Assembly: GCA_044370555.1 (NCBI GenBank)
Contig: JBILVH010000001.1
Location: forward strand, 1-31,256
Length of the DNA: 31,256 nucleotides
Reading direction: 5' to 3'
Source: Candidatus Nanopelagicales bacterium
GTDB taxonomy: Bacteria > Actinomycetota > Actinomycetes > S36-B12
The translations under genes were made by a program, and so were the position numbers. This document shows positions 27,356-31,256 of this stretch, in pieces (the stretch's first letter is position 1; every line of letters starts with the position of its first letter). The notes under the pieces were generated by a model. The model made no database searches. It worked only from the letters and a program-made list of their open reading frames with translations, and was not told where the DNA came from.

Positions 27356-28012
27356 CTAGCCCGAGGCCACCAGCAGGCACACACCGACACCCGCTAGCAG
27401 GTAGGGCCCGAAGGGGATCGCAGTCTGCCGACCGCTCCGACGGACGACGGCTAGGAGTACTCCAGCAAGGGCCCCGAGCGTGAAGGCCGCGAACAGGCCC
27501 ACGACTGCCGCGGGCCAGCCGAGCCAGCCGAGGTATAGGCCGATGGGAGCGGCAAGCTTCACGTCCCCGAAGCCGAGGCCGCGCGGATGCACGAGGGCCA
27601 GGACCGCGAACCCGACGAATACCACCAGGCCCGTGATGACTGCGGACACCAGACGATCAGGCTCGCTCGCCAGCCACGAGGCGAGCCCGAGTGCCGCGAG
27701 TGCCAGGAGGGTGAAACCACCGACGAGGACATTGGGCAACCGATGCGTGGCGCAGTCGGTCAGCGTGAGAGTCACGCAGGCGGCGGCGAAGACCATCCAC
27801 GCCGCGAGGTCCCACTGCGGTCCGACGGTACCGGCGCACAGCGCGAACACCGTCGCCGCCAGCGCCCGCACCCACCCCGGCGACAGGAGGTCGGCCGTGG
27901 CATCACCGAGGCTCCAGCGCGCAAGGCCGGCCAGTACCGGGGCGAGAACGATGCCCGCGAGGCCGGCGACACAGGCCAGGGCGATGTGAGCGGCGAGATC
28001 GGACACGGTCAC
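27356..28012 (-). CDS. Prepilin peptidase family A24
   Basis: TD..THRLPN and [10 protein letters not shown] aspartate motifs; IPFGPYL; multi-TM. Confidence 0.9.
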   Translation of the reverse strand: MTVSDLAAHIALACVAGLAGIVLAPVLAGLARWSLGDATADLLSPGWVRALAATVFALCAGTVGPQWDLAAWMVFAAACVTLTLTDCATHRLPNVLVGGFTLLALAALGLASWLASEPDRLVSAVITGLVVFVGFAVLALVHPRGLGFGDVKLAAPIGLYLGWLGWPAAVVGLFAAFTLGALAGVLLAVVRRSGRQTAIPFGPYLLAGVGVCLLVASG

Positions 28013-28816
28013 CTACGTGTGCGCGGCCAAGCTCATGCGCATCTGCTCGATCGGTGCACTCCGGCCGGTCATCAACTCGACCTGCTCAGCCGCCTGCCAC
28101 AGCAGCAGATCGAACCCGCTGGCGACCGGGGTCCCGCCCGCCTGCCAGGCCGCTGCGAGCCCGGTGGGCCACGGCGAGTAGGCCACGTCGACGAGCGGCC
28201 CGCGCTCGTGCGGTAGGCGGGTGACCAGCCCGTCCGCCGCGCCGCCCGGCACGGTCGAGATCACCAGGGGCGCCGCCAGCGCATCGGTCACCGCAGCGTC
28301 CTCGAAACCGACCACGACATGCCGTAGACCGAGCCGGTCGGCAAGCGCCGTGGCGACACCGACCGCGTCCGGACGGCGTACGACGAGGGTGACAGCCCGT
28401 GCGCCGAGCCGTGTGAGGGCCACGAGCATGGACCGCGCGGTCGCCCCGCCGCCGATCAGCGTCGCAGCGCCGACCTCATCGAGTCCCAATTCGCGGATTG
28501 TCCGCATCGCGCCGGGCACGTCCGTGTTGTGACCGATGCGTCGACCGTCGTCGAATACGACCGTGTTAGCCGCCCCGGATAGCGCGACCGTCTCGCTCAC
28601 GCGATCGAGCAGCGGGATCACCGCCTCTTTGAGCGGCATGGTGAGGGACAGCCCGACCCAGGTTGCGTCGAGGCCGTCGATGAACGCGGGAAGTTCGCTC
28701 TCGGTCACCTCGATTGCGGTGTAGTCCCAGTCGAGTCCGAGTGCGGCATACGCCGCGCGGTGCAGGACGGGTGATCGACTGTGCGCGATGGGTGAGCCGA
28801 GGACCGCAGCCCGCAT
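28013..28816 (-). CDS. aroE: Shikimate dehydrogenase
   Basis: AVLGSPIAHSRSP.LH, SLTMPLK, GAANT, HNTD, IGGGATA, LLWQA. Start is ATG 28816 or GTG 28819. Confidence 0.96.
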   Translation of the reverse strand: MRAAVLGSPIAHSRSPVLHRAAYAALGLDWDYTAIEVTESELPAFIDGLDATWVGLSLTMPLKEAVIPLLDRVSETVALSGAANTVVFDDGRRIGHNTDVPGAMRTIRELGLDEVGAATLIGGGATARSMLVALTRLGARAVTLVVRRPDAVGVATALADRLGLRHVVVGFEDAAVTDALAAPLVISTVPGGAADGLVTRLPHERGPLVDVAYSPWPTGLAAAWQAGGTPVASGFDLLLWQAAEQVELMTGRSAPIEQMRMSLAAHT

Positions 28817-29934
28817 CACGGTGAGTCCGTCTCCGCCGCGGCTGCCTGCTGCTGCAGTGCGTACCGGCGCTTGAACTCCCGCTTGAACTCGAGGAATTCG
28901 TCGTAGTCGTCCGTGAACTTCGTCTTGCCGGTCTGCGGATTCACCGTCACGAAGTACAGCCACTCCCCCCGGTCGGGCGCCAGAGCGGCTTCAAGTGCCG
29001 TGTCACCCGGGGAGTTGATCGGGGTGGGGGGTAGACCGGGGTTGGTGAATGTGTTGTACGGCGAATCGACCGCAAGCATGTCCTCGGTGATGAGGAGCGT
29101 GGAGGTGCCCAGCGCATAGTTGATGGTCGAGTCGAACTGCAGCGGCATACCCGCTTCGAGCCGGTTCCAGGCGACCCGGGCGACCTTGCCTTCGTCACCC
29201 GGTGCGGCCTCAGCCTGCACCAGCGAGGCCACGATGAGTACGTCGTAGGGCGAGACACCGAGTTCCTCCGACCGTTCCACCAACTCCACGGCATCGGCGG
29301 CCTGGTCGAACCGAGCGACCAGCCTGGCGAGGATCGCTGTGGCCGACTCACCCGGCAGGAGATCGTAGGTTGCTGGGTACACGAACCCATCGATGCGGCC
29401 GTTCGCCCAGTCGGGCAGCCCGACGGTGTCAGGCTCGGCCACCGCCGCCTCGAATTCCGCCCTCGGGAGGCCCGTGGCCGCGGCCAATCGATCGAGTGCG
29501 TCACCGAGAAGCAGGCCCTCGGGAAGCACCAGGCGGGCCGCTCGCGTGGACGGGTCGAGCATCAGTTCGAGGGCAATGGGCGCCGCCATGCCGAGCCGCA
29601 GGCTGTAGGCGCCGGCGGAGATCGTGCCGGACCGGGGGTCGAGAGCGGCAACGTTGACGAACGCCTCGGGACTTTGCACCACTCCGGCATCGGCCAGGGT
29701 GAGCGCCACATCGCGGATCGAGTCACCCTCGTTGACCACGACGACGACGCTGCCCGTGCCGCTGCCGGTGAAGGCGGGAGGTGGCGCGAGTGATCGCACC
29801 GCGGCGAACCCCCATGCGGACCCCACGATGATCGCGACGGCCACGAGGAGGCCGACGATGCGCCGCAGGATGGATCGGCGGTTCCGCGACGGAGGCAGCG
29901 GGCCGGGGGTGAGCATGGCCACAACCTGGCTCAT
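28816..29934 (-). CDS. mltG: Endolytic transglycosylase MltG (YceG-like)
   Basis: N-terminal TM, YPATY, ASLVQAEA (catalytic Glu), LQFDST, SPYNT..NPGLPPTPINSPG, WLYFV. Confidence 0.93.
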   Translation of the reverse strand: MSQVVAMLTPGPLPPSRNRRSILRRIVGLLVAVAIIVGSAWGFAAVRSLAPPPAFTGSGTGSVVVVVNEGDSIRDVALTLADAGVVQSPEAFVNVAALDPRSGTISAGAYSLRLGMAAPIALELMLDPSTRAARLVLPEGLLLGDALDRLAAATGLPRAEFEAAVAEPDTVGLPDWANGRIDGFVYPATYDLLPGESATAILARLVARFDQAADAVELVERSEELGVSPYDVLIVASLVQAEAAPGDEGKVARVAWNRLEAGMPLQFDSTINYALGTSTLLITEDMLAVDSPYNTFTNPGLPPTPINSPGDTALEAALAPDRGEWLYFVTVNPQTGKTKFTDDYDEFLEFKREFKRRYALQQQAAAAETDSP

Positions 29935-30413
29935 GGCACCTCCCGTCGCTTACTGCGTCGCGCGCGGCCAACCGTGATCCCGGGGGGCCGCCCCGTCCTG
30001 GACTCGATCTCAAGAGCATGGTGCAAGATCACGACGGCTGATGCACTGTCCACAGCGTCCCGACTTTGCCGCGCGTCGCGGCCGGCCTCGCGCAGGCGAC
30101 GGGTCGCCTCGACGGTCGTGAGTCGCTCATCGAGTAGCGCGACCCGGATCCCGGGTGCGGCCACGGCCAGCTCCCGGGCGAACTCGGCAGCCACGCTCGC
30201 CGCCCGGCCAGGCTCGCCGGACAGCCCGACGGGGTGACCGACCAGGATCTCGATTGCCGCCGACTCGCGTGCGAGGGCGGCGACGGTCGGGATCGCGTCC
30301 GGGCCTGCGGCCACCGGGGCCAGAGGCGTGGCCACCAAACCCCGCGGATCCGATCGGGCGACACCGACGCGCACGGACCCGACGTCGATTCCGAGCCGGA
30401 CCCCGTCGCGCAC
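29931..30413 (-). CDS. ruvX: YqgF/RuvX family nuclease
   Basis: LGIDVGSVRVGVA.SD, VGHP, DERLTT, VD..SAVVIL. Confidence 0.93.
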   Translation of the reverse strand: MRDGVRLGIDVGSVRVGVARSDPRGLVATPLAPVAAGPDAIPTVAALARESAAIEILVGHPVGLSGEPGRAASVAAEFARELAVAAPGIRVALLDERLTTVEATRRLREAGRDARQSRDAVDSASAVVILHHALEIESRTGRPPGITVGRARRSKRREVP

Positions 30414-31256
30414 TACGCACTACCCCCAGCGACCAGCGCATCGCGTAGTGCGCTGAACCCGGCGTCGATACCTGCGGTATTGGTGCCGCCACCCTGCGCC
30501 ATGTCGTCCTTCCCCCCACCGCGGCCATCGATCGCTGGCAGGAGAGCTCGCAGCAGGACAGCAGCGGAAACTCCGGATGTGCGTGCCGCCTCGTTCACGG
30601 CCACAGCCACGGCGACACGCTCACCCTCGACCGAGGCGCCCGCAACGACAGCCGGGACATCGGGCCGGGCGTTCGCCCGACCCCGCGTCACGACATCGCG
30701 AAGGTCACCCGCGGAGGTGCCATCGGGTGCCGTGAACGTCCACACGCGCACGCCGGCGAGATCCGCGGGGGTCCCGAGGATGTCGTCGATTGTCGCGGAC
30801 AAGGCGACACTCCGGGCGCGTGCGATCTCGCGCTCGGCGTCCTTGAGGCGGGTGAGTAGCGACTCGATCCGATCGGGGATCTCCTCACCCGGTGCCTTGA
30901 GCATCTCGGCCAGACGGGAGACGAGGATGTGCTCACGGGCGAGGTGTCGGTACGCGTCAACCCCGACAAGTGCCTCGATACGACGCACACCCGCCCCGAT
31001 GGACCCCTCGGACAGGAACGTGACCACACCGAGTTGGCCCGAGCGCTGCGCGTGCGTGCCGCCACACAACTCGTGCGCCCAGTCGCCGACGGAGACGACC
31101 CGAACATCGTTGCCGTACTTCTCCCCGAAGAGCGCCATCGCCCCCATCGCCCGAGCCGCGTCGATCGGCATCACCTCGGCGTGCACGTGCAGATCGGCGG
31201 AGAGTACGTCGTTGACCCGGGACTGCACATCGGACAGCACGGAGTCAGGGATCGCG
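30413..31256 (-). CDS. alaS: Alanine--tRNA ligase, C-terminal part (5' end beyond window)
   Basis: GAMALFGEKY, ELCGGTH, SIGAGVRRIEA, GRGGGKDDMAQGGG. Confidence 0.97.
   Translation of the reverse strand, partial: AIPDSVLSDVQSRVNDVLSADLHVHAEVMPIDAARAMGAMALFGEKYGNDVRVVSVGDWAHELCGGTHAQRSGQLGVVTFLSEGSIGAGVRRIEALVGVDAYRHLAREHILVSRLAEMLKAPGEEIPDRIESLLTRLKDAEREIARARSVALSATIDDILGTPADLAGVRVWTFTAPDGTSAGDLRDVVTRGRANARPDVPAVVAGASVEGERVAVAVAVNEAARTSGVSAAVLLRALLPAIDGRGGGKDDMAQGGGTNTAGIDAGFSALRDALVAGGSA

Noticed and set aside
30021-30023. RuvX ILHH where ILQ is usual; similar minor changes are MBL GHTQG (3230-3232) and UvrB RLRYSAT
   Set aside because: Single conservative-looking substitutions that I cannot separate from natural variation without alignments.
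11873-31107. Many Arg/Pro/Gly-rich ORFs (e.g. 11873..13090, 14729..15577, 18803..19915, 22792..24084, 26477..27160)
   Set aside because: Off-frame or antisense readings of established genes; low stop density in high-GC DNA explains their length.

Overview
High-GC actinomycete chromosomal segment, densely packed and almost all housekeeping. I found no mobile element, CRISPR array, rRNA or U-tailed terminator. Two conserved actinobacterial blocks meet at a tRNA-Leu(CAA). Block 1 (1-22001): PdtaR-like ANTAR regulator, GNAT, PaaI thioesterase, polA, rpsA, coaE, uvrB, two TerC paralogues, MBL hydrolase and uvrA (uvrA runs off the left edge). Block 2 (22008-31256): alaS (partial), ruvX, mltG, aroE, prepilin peptidase, aroC, aroK, aroB, aroQ, pepQ, efp, nusB. 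The only accessory-looking part lies between rpsA and polA (9839-17502). It holds a cell-envelope cluster resembling M. tuberculosis Rv0224c-Rv0227c plus Rv0236A: DUF3068 protein, SAM methyltransferase, GT4, DUF2613-like small protein and a GT-C-like membrane protein. A Wzx/MATE-like flippase and an exported alpha/beta hydrolase sit beside it. This is the best candidate for an undercharacterised system. Other points: coaE has no canonical start codon (CTG in a CTGA overlap), one TerC copy is frameshifted, many genes look leaderless, and the tRNA-Leu lacks a long variable arm. Several single-base oddities could be assembly errors. All family assignments come from motifs I recognised by eye; no searches were run.
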